Source of the DNA: Candidatus Altimarinota bacterium
GTDB lineage: Bacteria; Patescibacteriota; Gracilibacteria; UBA1369; GCA-2718715
Direction: 5' to 3'
Length of the DNA stretch: 64,000 nt
NCBI GenBank assembly: GCA_041242255.1
Contig: JBESAV010000001.1
Location: forward strand, 448,001 to 512,000
This document shows, piece by piece, positions 24,156-35,020 of this stretch. Position numbers and translations under genes: made by a program. The first letter of the stretch is position 1. The number at the start of each line of letters is the position of its first letter. A model generated the notes under the pieces. That model did not search any database, was not told the DNA's origin, and was given only the letters and a program-made list of their open reading frames with translations.

Positions 24156-25250
24156 ATGTCACTTCAAATAGGAATCGTCGGACTCCCAAACGTTGGGAAA
24201 TCAACTCTCTTCAATGCCCTGACTAAATCCCAAGGAGCCCAAGCAGCCAACTACCCATTCTGTACAATCGACCCAAATGTCGGAATAGTAGAAGTTCCAG
24301 ACGACCGCCTCAAAAAAATAACTGCCATAGCCGAACCAGAAAAAGTTATTCCGACAATCATCGAATTCGTTGATATCGCCGGACTAGTGAAAGGTGCCTC
24401 AGAAGGGGAGGGCCTAGGTAACCAGTTCTTAGCTAACATCAGACAAGTTGATGCCATTGCCCATGTAGTAAGAATGTTCGAAGATGACGACATTCATCAT
24501 GTCCACGGAAAAGTTGACCCTGCCTCTGATAGGGAAGTCATCGAAATGGAATTAATCCTGGCTGACCTCCAAACAGTTACTAAAAGATACGAGAAATCCA
24601 AATCAGAAGCTAAGTCAGGAAACAAAGAAAAGTTAGCCTACCTTGAACTAATTACTGGGCTCAAAGAACACCTAGAAGCAGGGGAGAAAGCTATCACTTT
24701 CACTCAAGACGAAGAAAAACTAAAACTTCTCAAAGATCTTCATCTACTCACAGCCAAAAAATTCATGTACATCTGTAACCTTCTTGAAAGCGATGTTGCC
24801 GAAGCAAACCCAGATGATCTTAGAAGTAAGTTAGGTCTTAGCCAAAACGAACCAGTAATCCCAGTTTCTGCTCAAGTAGAACAAGAATTAATCTCCTTCG
24901 ACGAAGAAGAAGCCAAGGAGTTCCTTCAAGAACTAGGCCTAAAAGAATCAGGTCTAAACGCAGTTATAAGAACTGCTTATGACTTGCTTGATCTACAAAC
25001 CTACTTTACGGCTGGAAAGAAAGAAGTTCGAGCCTGGACAGTTCGCAAAGGAGCCACAGCTCCACAAGCAGCCGGAGTTATCCACACTGATTTTGAAAAA
25101 GGCTTCATCAAAGCCGAAGTCATTGCTTACCAAGACTACATCGACTGCAATGGAGAATCTGGAGCAAAAGAAAAAGGAAAACTCCGCCTGGAAGGTAAAG
25201 ACTACCTAGTCCAAGACGGAGATGTAATGCACTTCAAGTTCAACAACTAA
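24156..25250 (+). CDS. ychF: ribosome-binding ATPase YchF
   Basis: GIVGLPNVGKSTLFN, ANYPFCTIDPN and DIAGLVKGAS motifs. Start moved to ATG 24156, downstream of TTGACA-N16-TACAAT (24102-24129). Confidence 0.96.
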   Translation: MSLQIGIVGLPNVGKSTLFNALTKSQGAQAANYPFCTIDPNVGIVEVPDDRLKKITAIAEPEKVIPTIIEFVDIAGLVKGASEGEGLGNQFLANIRQVDAIAHVVRMFEDDDIHHVHGKVDPASDREVIEMELILADLQTVTKRYEKSKSEAKSGNKEKLAYLELITGLKEHLEAGEKAITFTQDEEKLKLLKDLHLLTAKKFMYICNLLESDVAEANPDDLRSKLGLSQNEPVIPVSAQVEQELISFDEEEAKEFLQELGLKESGLNAVIRTAYDLLDLQTYFTAGKKEVRAWTVRKGATAPQAAGVIHTDFEKGFIKAEVIAYQDYIDCNGESGAKEKGKLRLEGKDYLVQDGDVMHFKFNN

Positions 25251-26560
25251 CGAAGTAAACCTTGTCTAATATCACTTACCAAACCTTCCACGTTTTCTAT
25301 ATATCCCTGGTTTCTGTCTGAGTTATCTATTCCAGACATTTCTCCCTCAAAGTGAGTCGCCAGACTCATAATTTCTGAGTATTCATCACCAGTGAAAAAG
25401 GTCATCACTTTTGTCGGATTAGCAAGGTTTGTTGGGATAACTTTTCCTCGGAACTCATCTCTATCACAAAGTTCTAATACTTTTTCTGATGTAGAGTTTC
25501 CACGTGCAATATTCATCCCAGCCCAGACTTGATTATCATTCAAAAAACCAGCTTTATTTAGTTTTGAAGCTAACTCCATATACTGGAAAGTACCAGTAAG
25601 ACGGTAGTTAATTTCCGCAGGAAAGGTTTCGTAGTTTTTAGTTATCATAAAATCACAACCAGCAGGTCCATAAGCTTCAGTGCTAGCACATAATTGAATA
25701 ATTTTTCGGATCATCCCATCCATAGCAGTCATACTCAAAAATGGTATATAAACATTCCCTAAGTGTACTGATGGAGGTGTATCAGGTGAATCACTTTCCA
25801 ATAATTGCATACTCAAAGTTGTGTTCGAAAAAGTACCATCAACATGTGTTTCATATATAACAGATGGGGAAGTACTAACATCAATCATCTTCTGTAACAC
25901 ATACCCATCTTCAGTATCACTTTCTTCCCAGTTCTCATAAAATTCTAAAAGTTCATAAGGATCTCCTAGCTTCATACCTTGTCCACTTGCCCCTCTCTTC
26001 TTTTTTAAAACACCTTTTTTAAACCTTTCAAAGTTTGAAGTATCATGTAAGAAATCCCAAAGATCTCCATTTAGTACGGCGGTATCTGGAAGATCAATTC
26101 CAATCTGTCTCATAAATGTAATAAACTCTACTTTGCAATTAAACCTTTCAGCCATTTCAAATGAGGCAACAGTAGATAATCCAGTTTTCCTAGCAATCTC
26201 ATCAATTGTTTGATGCTGAATAAAAGGATCAAGAATAGATCCTGCAAATCTTCTTTTAATAGCTCTTAGTGCCTCAGTATTCAAATTAAGCGACTCAGCT
26301 AGTGTTTGATCTTGAATCTGAGGTATGTACAAGAATTCATTTAATTCACCTAAAACTATTCCAAACTTATCTCTTAAAAATCCATGTAACAATCTAATAG
26401 GGTCTTCATATTCTTCTAGGGCAACCAGTATGTCGTTTGGGTTTAATCGTGTTATATGTCTCGGAGCATAGCTTGAAAGAGAAATACCACCATTACCAGA
26501 GTGTCCATTTAATATTTCTTTGTCTAAATCATAGACTCCAATTCTTCTTTGCAGTGTCAT
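25247..26560 (-). CDS. ATP-grasp fold protein (putative peptide/amide ligase)
   Basis: LKKKRGASGQG, LQKMIDVSTSPSV, GPAGCDF and EINYRLTG motifs. Confidence 0.65.
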   Translation of the reverse strand: MTLQRRIGVYDLDKEILNGHSGNGGISLSSYAPRHITRLNPNDILVALEEYEDPIRLLHGFLRDKFGIVLGELNEFLYIPQIQDQTLAESLNLNTEALRAIKRRFAGSILDPFIQHQTIDEIARKTGLSTVASFEMAERFNCKVEFITFMRQIGIDLPDTAVLNGDLWDFLHDTSNFERFKKGVLKKKRGASGQGMKLGDPYELLEFYENWEESDTEDGYVLQKMIDVSTSPSVIYETHVDGTFSNTTLSMQLLESDSPDTPPSVHLGNVYIPFLSMTAMDGMIRKIIQLCASTEAYGPAGCDFMITKNYETFPAEINYRLTGTFQYMELASKLNKAGFLNDNQVWAGMNIARGNSTSEKVLELCDRDEFRGKVIPTNLANPTKVMTFFTGDEYSEIMSLATHFEGEMSGIDNSDRNQGYIENVEGLVSDIRQGLLR

Positions 26561-26623
26561 ATCAAAATTTTAAAAGCCAATTCAAAATATACACACAAGT
26601 TATATACGTCAAATCAAATCCTA

Positions 26624-27049
26624 TTACTCCTTCCAAATATTGATAACCTCAGCCCCTGTTTCCACATCAGAGTTTTCAGCCCCAACAAGATTTTCATAAA
26701 TCATAGGTACCTCAATCCTTAAACCATATTTTATTTCAACTCCCCAACATATCTCACTAAAGGGTTCATATACAAAATCATTATAAAAGTTTCTATCTAG
26801 AACCCTCACCACCATCACATCATATTCATGGCATATCATTCCAATAGCCTCCACTTTTTCACCTATTATTTCACCTGGATTTTCCTTACCCCAGCCATCT
26901 TCCATGAAATCCAAAATCATTCTACTCAAAGCAGGAATAAAGACAGCATACAAAAGGTCAAATTTACCTTCTTGTAAGCTAAGCTCTCTCAAGTTATTTA
27001 AATCTGCAAACACAACAGCAACTCTTTTTTCCATAATCGTGTTTAACAT
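26624..27049 (-). CDS. hypothetical protein
   Basis: 141-aa ORF with minus-strand-typical composition, filling the gap between genes. Confidence 0.55.
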   Translation of the reverse strand: MLNTIMEKRVAVVFADLNNLRELSLQEGKFDLLYAVFIPALSRMILDFMEDGWGKENPGEIIGEKVEAIGMICHEYDVMVVRVLDRNFYNDFVYEPFSEICWGVEIKYGLRIEVPMIYENLVGAENSDVETGAEVINIWKE

Positions 27050-27092
27050 TATTTAATTTAACTATAATATAAACCTATATAAAACCAAACAA

Positions 27093-27539
27093 ATGGCCCT
27101 CAAACTAACTTCACCATCTTTCCAAAATAATGACGACATCCCAGTTCAATTCACCTGCCAAGGCGATGACATCAACCCAGAGCTTCAGATCCAAGGAGTT
27201 CCAGAAGATACAGAGAGCCTTCTTCTACTTGTAACAGACCCAGATGCTCCATCTAAAACTTGGCTACACTGGTGCATGTTCGATATCCACCCAGAAACCA
27301 ATCACATTCCAGAAAACTGCCCAGCCAACTACGCCAAACAAACCCATAACGATTTCGGAAACCCAGGTTATGGAGGACCATGCCCACCAAAGCACAAGCA
27401 TCAATATGTTTTCAGATTATATGCTCTAAAAAGCAAAATAGGCCTACACGAAGAGTCATCCTTAGCCGACATCCTATTTGCCATCGAAGATGAAGTTATC
27501 GAGAGTGCTGAGCTTGTAGGCTACTTCCAAAAGTCTTAA
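27093..27539 (+). CDS. YbhB/YbcL family (PEBP) protein
   Basis: DPDAP, WLHW, GYGGPCPP and HQYVFRLYAL motifs. Confidence 0.92.
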   Translation: MALKLTSPSFQNNDDIPVQFTCQGDDINPELQIQGVPEDTESLLLLVTDPDAPSKTWLHWCMFDIHPETNHIPENCPANYAKQTHNDFGNPGYGGPCPPKHKHQYVFRLYALKSKIGLHEESSLADILFAIEDEVIESAELVGYFQKS

Positions 27540-28237
27540 GTCTTCTTCAAAAGTCCTTTGAACTTCCCCAAAATATAGTAAACCATCCCTACACCAGCCA
27601 ATACCAAAAGTACTGTTAGTGCTTTATCATATTTTTCTAATATCTCACCACCAATAGTTACCCCAACCACAATCCAAGGCGTCACACCCAAAACTGTAGC
27701 AATCAAAAACTTTCCATATTTCATCCCTAAGGCTCCAGCCAAATATGAAATAGAATCAAACGAAGTTGCAGGGTTTAACCTAAGTAAAGTTAATTCCTTC
27801 ACACCTCCTCCTTTCATTTTTTCAATCAAGCTCAAGTATTTTTCATTCTTCACAAAAGCCCCTGCCACAAACTTACCTTGCCAATAGTTAAATGAGTTAC
27901 CGACAACATTACCAATGGAAATCAAAACAATTCCCCAAATACTCCCTGTCATAAGTCCAACCACTGGGTACATAGCCACTGCTGGAATTATCCCAATAAT
28001 TACTTCAACCAAAACTAGAACTAAAATAATCAACGAGGTTTGCCACAAAGCAAAATCCCTAAAGTAGTCCTGAATCACCTGAGCATCCCCCTGACTTACA
28101 ATGTACATCAAACCTCCAGAGTAGTAATTCCATATCAAAAATACAAATACACTCAAGATCCCAATTACATTCAGACTAGCCAACAATTTTTTACGCTTAG
28201 CAAAGCTTTTTTCCGAAATACTAGATACTCTATTCAC
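27536..28237 (-). CDS. TVP38/TMEM64 (VTT/DedA) family membrane protein
   Basis: Multiple TM helices; LRLNPATSFDSISYLAG and FLIATVLGVTP motifs. Confidence 0.85.
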   Translation of the reverse strand: MNRVSSISEKSFAKRKKLLASLNVIGILSVFVFLIWNYYSGGLMYIVSQGDAQVIQDYFRDFALWQTSLIILVLVLVEVIIGIIPAVAMYPVVGLMTGSIWGIVLISIGNVVGNSFNYWQGKFVAGAFVKNEKYLSLIEKMKGGGVKELTLLRLNPATSFDSISYLAGALGMKYGKFLIATVLGVTPWIVVGVTIGGEILEKYDKALTVLLVLAGVGMVYYILGKFKGLLKKT

Positions 28238-28298
28238 AGGTCAATTTTATTTTCAATTTCAACTGATATGATTATATCGTAATTATAACTCCAAAGCC

Positions 28299-29117
28299 AT
28301 GCGTCAATATCTTAGTTTAGTTGAAGAAGTTCTTGAGAACGGCGAACAAAAAGGGGATAGAACCGGTACCGGAACCATTTCAGTTTTTGGTATCCAAAGA
28401 AAATATGACCTCAGAGAAGGATTTCCTCTTCTAACCACCAAAAAAGTACTTTTCAGCGCAGTCATTCGTGAGCTACTTTGGTTCCTTAAAGGATCAACCA
28501 ATATCAACGACGACCTCACTCAACACACTCCAATCTGGGACGCATGGGCAGACGAAAAGGGAGAACTAGGTCCAGTCTACGGTCACCAATGGATCAAATG
28601 GCCAAAGTACACTTTAGTAAATCCAGAAACCAACGAATACAAAGTCGAACCAATCAACCAAATCCAAAACGCCATCGACACCATCAAAAACAACCCAAAC
28701 TCCAGAAGAATTATAGTATCAGCCTGGAACGTAGCTGACATCGAAAACATGAAGCTCCCACCCTGCCACGCCTTCTTTCAGTTCTACGTAGTCAATGGCC
28801 GCCTCGACCTCCAGCTTTACCAAAGAAGTGCCGATATTGCCCTTGGGGTTCCTTTCAATATTGCTAGTTACGCCGCTCTTCTAATGATGGTGGCCCAAGA
28901 GTGCAACCTAACTCCAGGGATATTCACACACACACTAGGTGACGCTCATATCTACAACAATCATGTAGAAGGACTTCAAAAACAACTCCAAAGAAAGCCT
29001 CACAAACTTCCAACTCTTGAAATCGCCAATAAGCCTTTCTGGGAGCTTAAATTTGAAGACTTCCAACTCAAAGACTATACCCACGACAAATTCATCAAAT
29101 TCAAAGTAGCCGTTTAA
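28299..29117 (+). CDS. thyA: thymidylate synthase
   Basis: DRTGTGT, LPPCH and [13 protein letters not shown] motifs. Confidence 0.98.
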   Translation: MRQYLSLVEEVLENGEQKGDRTGTGTISVFGIQRKYDLREGFPLLTTKKVLFSAVIRELLWFLKGSTNINDDLTQHTPIWDAWADEKGELGPVYGHQWIKWPKYTLVNPETNEYKVEPINQIQNAIDTIKNNPNSRRIIVSAWNVADIENMKLPPCHAFFQFYVVNGRLDLQLYQRSADIALGVPFNIASYAALLMMVAQECNLTPGIFTHTLGDAHIYNNHVEGLQKQLQRKPHKLPTLEIANKPFWELKFEDFQLKDYTHDKFIKFKVAV

Positions 29118-29126
29118 CCAACCCAC

Positions 29127-29651
29127 ATGAAACCAATTCATCTTATAGCCGCCATCGACTCCAAAAGGGGACTGGGTAAAGATAACGATCTTGCCTGGCA
29201 TCTTCCTCCGGACATGAAACATTTCAAAGAAAAAACCACCTCCACTCAAGACCCTGACAAACAAAACGCTGTCATCATGGGGCGTAAAACCTGGGAATCA
29301 ATCCCAGAAAAATTCCGCCCACTTAAAGACCGCATAAACGTAGTTCTCTCCAAAACCTTATCCGAAACACCCACTGGAGCTCAAGTTTGCACAAGTTTAG
29401 AAGATGCCCTCCAAGACCTTAACCAAAACCCAAGCATTGAAACCGTTTTCATCATCGGTGGATCCAAACTCTACAACCAATCCTTAGATCAAGAAATCCC
29501 AGACAAAATCATCCTTACTCAACTCCAACAAGATTTTGACTGTGACGTGTTCCTAAATCCACTCCCAAAATCATACACTTTGACCAGCCAAACAGATCCA
29601 ATCTCACACGAGCAGATAACTTTCCAATACCAAGAATTCTCAAAAAACTAA
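29127..29651 (+). CDS. folA: dihydrofolate reductase
   Basis: LAWHLPPDMKHF, IMGRKTWESIP and IIGGS motifs. Confidence 0.96.
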   Translation: MKPIHLIAAIDSKRGLGKDNDLAWHLPPDMKHFKEKTTSTQDPDKQNAVIMGRKTWESIPEKFRPLKDRINVVLSKTLSETPTGAQVCTSLEDALQDLNQNPSIETVFIIGGSKLYNQSLDQEIPDKIILTQLQQDFDCDVFLNPLPKSYTLTSQTDPISHEQITFQYQEFSKN

Positions 29652-29732
29652 ACCAATACCAGTCAATCACTCACAGACTTTTAGATTGTATTTTAAACCA
29701 CTTAATGATATAAATTTACGCGACAGACAGTA

Positions 29733-29807
29733 GCCGGGGTAGCTCAGTGGTAGAGCAGAGGCCTGAAAAGCCTTGTGTCGGTGGTTCAATTCCGCCCCTC
29801 GGCACCA
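29733..29807 (+). tRNA. tRNA-Phe (GAA)
   Basis: Cloverleaf with acceptor GCCGGGG/CCTCGGC, anticodon arm GAGGC-CTGAAAA-GCCTT, GGTTCAATTCC T-loop and an encoded CCA. Confidence 0.96.
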
Positions 29808-29863
29808 TTTGAAAATAGATCCCTCCCATGGGAGCTATTTTATTTTAATTCCAAAAAGACAAT

Positions 29864-30358
29864 TCACTTTTCAGCCTTCTCTTTCTCCTCCAAAACTTGT
29901 TTATACATCTCACTATACCTATCTACCAAAAAGCTAAGAATTCTTCGAGCTGAAAAAGTATCAATCACTAGCAGTGTATTTTCTATCAAAACTCTAGTAA
30001 TAACTGCCCTAGCCCTCACATTCTTAACTTGATCAAGCCATAACATAGCTTGTTCCAAAACTTGTTGATTTTCGTTACTCAAAAATGTCATACCTCCAAC
30101 TTCATCCTCCCATATCTCAAGCACTGTCAAAAGAATATTGTTTCTAAAATCGTTATCCTCTTCCCGCAAAATATCAATAATAACTTGCATTTTTTCTCTT
30201 CTAGTCAAAGATTCATCAGCAATCGAGTACTCCATACCTCCCAGTCCAAGAGCTTCACGGTCAAGATCATTTCGATCAAATTCACCAGTTCGTTTCTTTT
30301 CATCAATTACACTTGATTCCACATCTAACCCGATTCCAACTTTGAGTTTATCTGACAT
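29864..30358 (-). CDS. hypothetical protein
   Basis: 164-aa ORF that looks helical. Confidence 0.6.
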   Translation of the reverse strand: MSDKLKVGIGLDVESSVIDEKKRTGEFDRNDLDREALGLGGMEYSIADESLTRREKMQVIIDILREEDNDFRNNILLTVLEIWEDEVGGMTFLSNENQQVLEQAMLWLDQVKNVRARAVITRVLIENTLLVIDTFSARRILSFLVDRYSEMYKQVLEEKEKAEK

Positions 30359-30481
30359 CTATAATATTTAAACAATCCCACTCTAAAAAATTTTAAACAA
30401 TCAATCAAAGCCAAATCATATCAAACAAACATTTTCTAAAAGTAGTCAATTCATATATATTTAAGAAAATTAAAACAAAAT

Positions 30482-30727
30482 ATGAACAAGCAAAAAGAAC
30501 CAAAGAACATAGAATACCAAGACTTCATAAACTACCTCCACTCCCCAAAAAGACTCATGCTTACAAATTTACTAGCAGGAATCTTCCGAGGAATAGGAGG
30601 AGTGATAGGGGCCACTTTAGTCGTAGCAATCTTGATCTACTTACTAAACATCTTTGTTGATTTCCCACTAATCGGTGAATACTTCCAAGACTTAAAAGAG
30701 ATACTAGATCGAGCTACTCAAGCTTAG
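30482..30727 (+). CDS. DUF5665-like membrane protein
   Basis: NLLAGIFRGIGGVIGATLV...FPLIG pattern. Confidence 0.75.
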   Translation: MNKQKEPKNIEYQDFINYLHSPKRLMLTNLLAGIFRGIGGVIGATLVVAILIYLLNIFVDFPLIGEYFQDLKEILDRATQA

Positions 30728-30963
30728 TTCCCAAAGTTAGACTCCAAGTACTCGATTATATCAGCTGATTCATACATAATCACATTGTTCGACTGATCTA
30801 CCAGCAAAGGCACTTGAGTTTTCCCACCAATCTTAAAACCCCATGAGCTTTCACCTTTATCAAACTTATGAGATCTAAAAATATAATCTAATCCCAACTC
30901 AGTCATCTTTTTCATAACCTTCAAGCAATAAGGACAATCCGGATTTGCATACAGTTCTAACAT
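30724..30963 (-). CDS. glutaredoxin / GST-N-like protein
   Basis: CPYC, GGKTQVPLLVD and MYESADII motifs. Confidence 0.88.
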   Translation of the reverse strand: MLELYANPDCPYCLKVMKKMTELGLDYIFRSHKFDKGESSWGFKIGGKTQVPLLVDQSNNVIMYESADIIEYLESNFGN

Positions 30964-31005
30964 ATTTCAAATTAAATCTAACACCACAATCTTACACTGC
31001 TTGAA

Positions 31006-32328
31006 CTACAATGTCGTGTTGTTATTTCCTTCTCTTCTAATAGGCATAACACTCATATTTGCATACGTATTTACATATGCCTCACTTTGAATCATACCTT
31101 TTTTTAGTAATTTATAGCTCTCTCCAATCCTCTCAAAGCAGTAAGGTATAAGGCAAAAACCTTTGTCTTCTCTATCATAATATTTTTGAATCAACGATCC
31201 ATTTAGATCAGAATTATATGCTAAGACAAATACAAAGATACCTTTATCATTTTCGCACTGTATTTCTATATCTCCATTTATAATTTGAACATCAATCTTT
31301 TCAAAGTAACTAGAAATTATTTTTGTATACTCATCAGCAAGCCACTCTGATTTATCTCTTCCTATAAATAATCCAGCACTAATTCCTCGAAACAACTCTC
31401 TACCACTAGCGTATTGAATAAAATCAGTATATAACCTCCTAAAAGTAGCGTCCTGAGGTAGAGTCTCGTGTACTTTTTTTCCTCTAAGTTTATTATATAT
31501 AAAATTTGAACGCCTAATTATTTCTGCACCGTTTAAACCCTCTTCACTTAAATAACTTCTAATTTTTTTATAGAATTTTACAGTTTCTTCGGTTGAAGCA
31601 TAAATCTCAATACCTAGCACTTTCATAAATTCAACAACCTCCTTACTTGCCGGAGGCAAATAGATATACTCACCATATGTAATATTTTCAAACATAATAT
31701 TAATATCAATTTCAGTAGGTACCAGATCATCCAATGCCTCACTAACTTCAGTGTTCATACCAAGGTTTAAACCACCTTTTAGTGTATCCGTATTACCATT
31801 CCTAAAATCTCTTTCCCTTGGTCTAGGAGAATAAAATTCAAGTTTCAAATCAACCATTTTACCCTCCAATAGATTTGATAAGTCACTATCTCCAAGTCTC
31901 TCTAATGCACACTCCACCATCATCGAGGTTCTACTATTTCCAGTAATAACAGTAACCTTATCTGAAATCTTAACTGGTAATGACTCAAATCTTTTCTTGA
32001 GAAGTACAGCAACTCTTTCACTAACAGTATAATAATCAGTCTCATCCAACCTACTGCTAAACAGATCTGAAAATTCATCAATTTCCATCTCCCTCAACTT
32101 ATGAATGTAAACCTCATCAAGAATTTTCCTTAATTCCTTAACACTAATCCCTTTCATCAAAAGGTCTATATCAGTAAATACATCATTATTTTCAACCCAA
32201 AAGAACTCAACAGTATCTCTCCAGTCATTAAGAATATCAAAAACTTCATCACTGACCCCTTCTTTATTTGCTACCGGTATATTTGAAGACTTCAAATAAC
32301 CTACTAACATTTCCAACTTTTTATCCAC
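31006..32328 (-). CDS. hypothetical protein
   Basis: 440-aa ORF with a GTG start; no recognisable motif. Confidence 0.6.
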   Translation of the reverse strand: MDKKLEMLVGYLKSSNIPVANKEGVSDEVFDILNDWRDTVEFFWVENNDVFTDIDLLMKGISVKELRKILDEVYIHKLREMEIDEFSDLFSSRLDETDYYTVSERVAVLLKKRFESLPVKISDKVTVITGNSRTSMMVECALERLGDSDLSNLLEGKMVDLKLEFYSPRPRERDFRNGNTDTLKGGLNLGMNTEVSEALDDLVPTEIDINIMFENITYGEYIYLPPASKEVVEFMKVLGIEIYASTEETVKFYKKIRSYLSEEGLNGAEIIRRSNFIYNKLRGKKVHETLPQDATFRRLYTDFIQYASGRELFRGISAGLFIGRDKSEWLADEYTKIISSYFEKIDVQIINGDIEIQCENDKGIFVFVLAYNSDLNGSLIQKYYDREDKGFCLIPYCFERIGESYKLLKKGMIQSEAYVNTYANMSVMPIRREGNNNTTL

Positions 32329-32333
32329 GTATA

Positions 32334-33107
32334 TTAATCAAAAATTTCTACATGAATTCTACTCTTGTCAACTCCAGACTGCAAGCCCATTTCTCGAACC
32401 TCCTTAATCATCGCACTTCCACCACAAATATACAGGTTAGTATCAGCACTAATAATACTCTCAGAATCAAGTAGGGAAGTCACACGACCTTCAAAAAACT
32501 CTAGGTTCTGAAACTCTTCTCTCATCTCAACAGATGCCTTATCTCGTGACATACAAATCCATATTTTTGCCTCAAGCTTTTTAGCAAGATCATTAAGCTC
32601 AGCCAGATAAAAACCATCATTCTCGTATCTAAAACCAAAAAGTACGTTCAACTCCATCTCTAATCTTTTATTTCGTATATCCTCTAAGATACCTTTGATT
32701 GGAGCAATTCCAGTCCCAGTCCCCACCAACACTGCTTTCTCTACATTATCCGGCAAAGTACAAAAACCAAAAGGCCCCTTAAACTCACATTCATCACCAT
32801 CCTGAAGGTTACTAAAGTATTCACCAGCTTTACCACCTTCTACAATCTCCACACAAAGTTCAAATCTTAAACCACTTTTTCCAGCAGGTGCTGATGCTAC
32901 AGAATAAGCCCTTTGTATAAAAGTTTCAGAATCAGCCGGATCAATAAATTTTAAATTAACAAACTGCCCAGCCTCAAACTCAAATTTACCTTCCACAACT
33001 TCAAACCAAACAGAGCAAACCTTATCATTTAGCCAATCAATACTTTTAACCTCAGCCACAAAATCTTCCGGTCTTACTACTTTCAAAAAATCAGGTAATC
33101 CATTCAT
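32334..33107 (-). CDS. FAD/NAD(P)-binding oxidoreductase (ferredoxin reductase family)
   Basis: GQFV, RAYSVAS, GPFG, GTGTGIAP and YICGG motifs. Confidence 0.88.
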   Translation of the reverse strand: MNGLPDFLKVVRPEDFVAEVKSIDWLNDKVCSVWFEVVEGKFEFEAGQFVNLKFIDPADSETFIQRAYSVASAPAGKSGLRFELCVEIVEGGKAGEYFSNLQDGDECEFKGPFGFCTLPDNVEKAVLVGTGTGIAPIKGILEDIRNKRLEMELNVLFGFRYENDGFYLAELNDLAKKLEAKIWICMSRDKASVEMREEFQNLEFFEGRVTSLLDSESIISADTNLYICGGSAMIKEVREMGLQSGVDKSRIHVEIFD

Positions 33108-33108
33108 A

Positions 33109-33594
33109 TTACATTCTTAAATACTTATCCAAATTCCTAGTCGTTATCTTTCTAGCCTCAAACTCATCTTTTACAAACTCGATCAGCTCCGCCTCAGCCT
33201 CTTCTTCCCAGTCTTTAATAGCATCTTCCACAATCCATAACTTAGCCTCACACTTGCTAATCTTCTCAAAAACTTCCTTTAAAAACTTCTCCCCAATTCC
33301 AAATACAAATATAGCATCATACTGTCCAAACTCATCTTGAAGATCATCCAATTTCTGTAATTCCATAATCCTCTGGTTTCCACCTTCCATCAAAGTATCC
33401 ATAACTTTATCATTCTTCTCATCAGAAATATCTCCAACCACTAAACTCAATACATCAAATCCAAGCTTCCTAGCCATTGAAGTTATATGCATAAAATTCT
33501 CTCGGACTGCAGGGGCAAACGGAACCGCCTCTTCTCCAAAGCTCTCCACAAACTTTTTCTGGGTAGCTACATCAATCAGCAAATATTTACTCAT
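33109..33594 (-). CDS. hypothetical protein, possibly a degenerate isochorismatase-like fold
   Basis: N-terminal LLIDVATQKKF and IVEDAI resemble cysteine hydrolases, but no catalytic Cys motif is evident. Confidence 0.45.
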   Translation of the reverse strand: MSKYLLIDVATQKKFVESFGEEAVPFAPAVRENFMHITSMARKLGFDVLSLVVGDISDEKNDKVMDTLMEGGNQRIMELQKLDDLQDEFGQYDAIFVFGIGEKFLKEVFEKISKCEAKLWIVEDAIKDWEEEAEAELIEFVKDEFEARKITTRNLDKYLRM

Positions 33595-34973
33595 TTCTTT
33601 CGGTTATGCCATTTTTCCGATGCCCATCCTTCCTTATTTACTTGTCTAGCTCTGGCTATTGCCAAACTATTTTCAGATACATCATCTGTTACTACAGAGC
33701 CAGCTGCAACTACAGATCCATCCTTCACTGCTACTGGTGCAATAAACTTCGCTCCACTACCTACAAACACATTTTTACCAATACTAGTTTTGTATTTATT
33801 AATTCCATCATAGTTACACATACAAGTCCCAGCTCCTACATTTGTATCCTCTCCAATCTCACAATCTCCAAGGTAACTCAAGTGCTTAGCTCTTACCCCT
33901 TTTCCAAGTTTCGAATTTTTAACTTCCACAAAGTTTCCAATTACACACTCATCACCAATCTCATTCTTACCTCTCAGGTGAGCATTAGGACCTATCTCAC
34001 ATTTCTTCCCAATTTTACTATTCTTAAGAACAGAAGAATCAATCAAGCATTCATCGTCCACCTCACAATCAACAATTCTCGAACTTCCAAATATTTCACA
34101 TCCTTCACCAATTTTAGTGTTTCCTTGCAAGTAAACATTCGGATGCATTACCGTCCCAGCTCCAACCTCCACACAATCTTCCACATAAGTACAACCGACA
34201 TCCACAACCTCAACTCCATTTTCCATCAATTCAGTCAATTTTCTATGCCTAAGAGTTTCGCAAGCAGTTGCTAACTGTGGTTTAGTATTCACTCCAATCG
34301 TATCCTGATAATCTTTAGTAAAATAAACACCAACTTCCTCTCCAGCATCTTTCAAAATCTCAACCATATCAGTCAAATAATACTCACCTTTAGAGTTTTT
34401 GTTATCAACCTGCACCAAGTATTTCCATAATAACTTCGAATCAAAACAATAAACACCAGTATTGATCTCATCAATCTGTCGTTCTTTATCAGTAGCTTCT
34501 TTCTCTTCAACAATCCTCAAAACAGTATCCGTGGAATCTTTCACAATCCGCCCATACCCAAAAGGTTCAGGAACTTTAGTTGTCAAAACAGTTGCAGCAC
34601 GATCTTTTTTCTTATGACACTCAATCATATTTCTCAAAACACTTTCCCGAAGCAGGGGAGTATCTCCACACAAAACAAGCACTATCCCATCTTCATTTTC
34701 TAAAAGCATATTTGCTTGAAGTACAGCATGAGCTGTCCCCAGTTGCTCTCTTTGCTCCACAAACTCAAACTCAGTCTTAATCTCATCCAATACTCTCTCT
34801 TTCTCAAATCCAACTACAAAAACTTTCCTCTCTACTTCTAGTTGGTCCAAGGTCATATTAATCTTCTCAACCATAGGTACTCCATTCACTTTGTGAATAA
34901 CCTTTGGTAAGCTTGATTTCATTCTAGTTCCTTTCCCTCCAGCTAAAACAACTGCAAATACTTTTTTTGACAT
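33591..34973 (-). CDS. glmU: bifunctional UDP-GlcNAc pyrophosphorylase / glucosamine-1-P acetyltransferase
   Basis: LAGGKGTRMKS, QLGTAHAV and GEYYLTD motifs, hexapeptide repeats, and HLSYLGD. Confidence 0.96.
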   Translation of the reverse strand: MSKKVFAVVLAGGKGTRMKSSLPKVIHKVNGVPMVEKINMTLDQLEVERKVFVVGFEKERVLDEIKTEFEFVEQREQLGTAHAVLQANMLLENEDGIVLVLCGDTPLLRESVLRNMIECHKKKDRAATVLTTKVPEPFGYGRIVKDSTDTVLRIVEEKEATDKERQIDEINTGVYCFDSKLLWKYLVQVDNKNSKGEYYLTDMVEILKDAGEEVGVYFTKDYQDTIGVNTKPQLATACETLRHRKLTELMENGVEVVDVGCTYVEDCVEVGAGTVMHPNVYLQGNTKIGEGCEIFGSSRIVDCEVDDECLIDSSVLKNSKIGKKCEIGPNAHLRGKNEIGDECVIGNFVEVKNSKLGKGVRAKHLSYLGDCEIGEDTNVGAGTCMCNYDGINKYKTSIGKNVFVGSGAKFIAPVAVKDGSVVAAGSVVTDDVSENSLAIARARQVNKEGWASEKWHNRKK

Positions 34974-35020
34974 AAATTCTGGTCATAAAACGACCAAAAT
35001 TTACCATACAGATTCTATTT

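Noticed and set aside
29733-30358. Integrated element at tRNA-Phe
   Set aside because: No integrase, and I saw no duplicated tRNA 3' end in the window.
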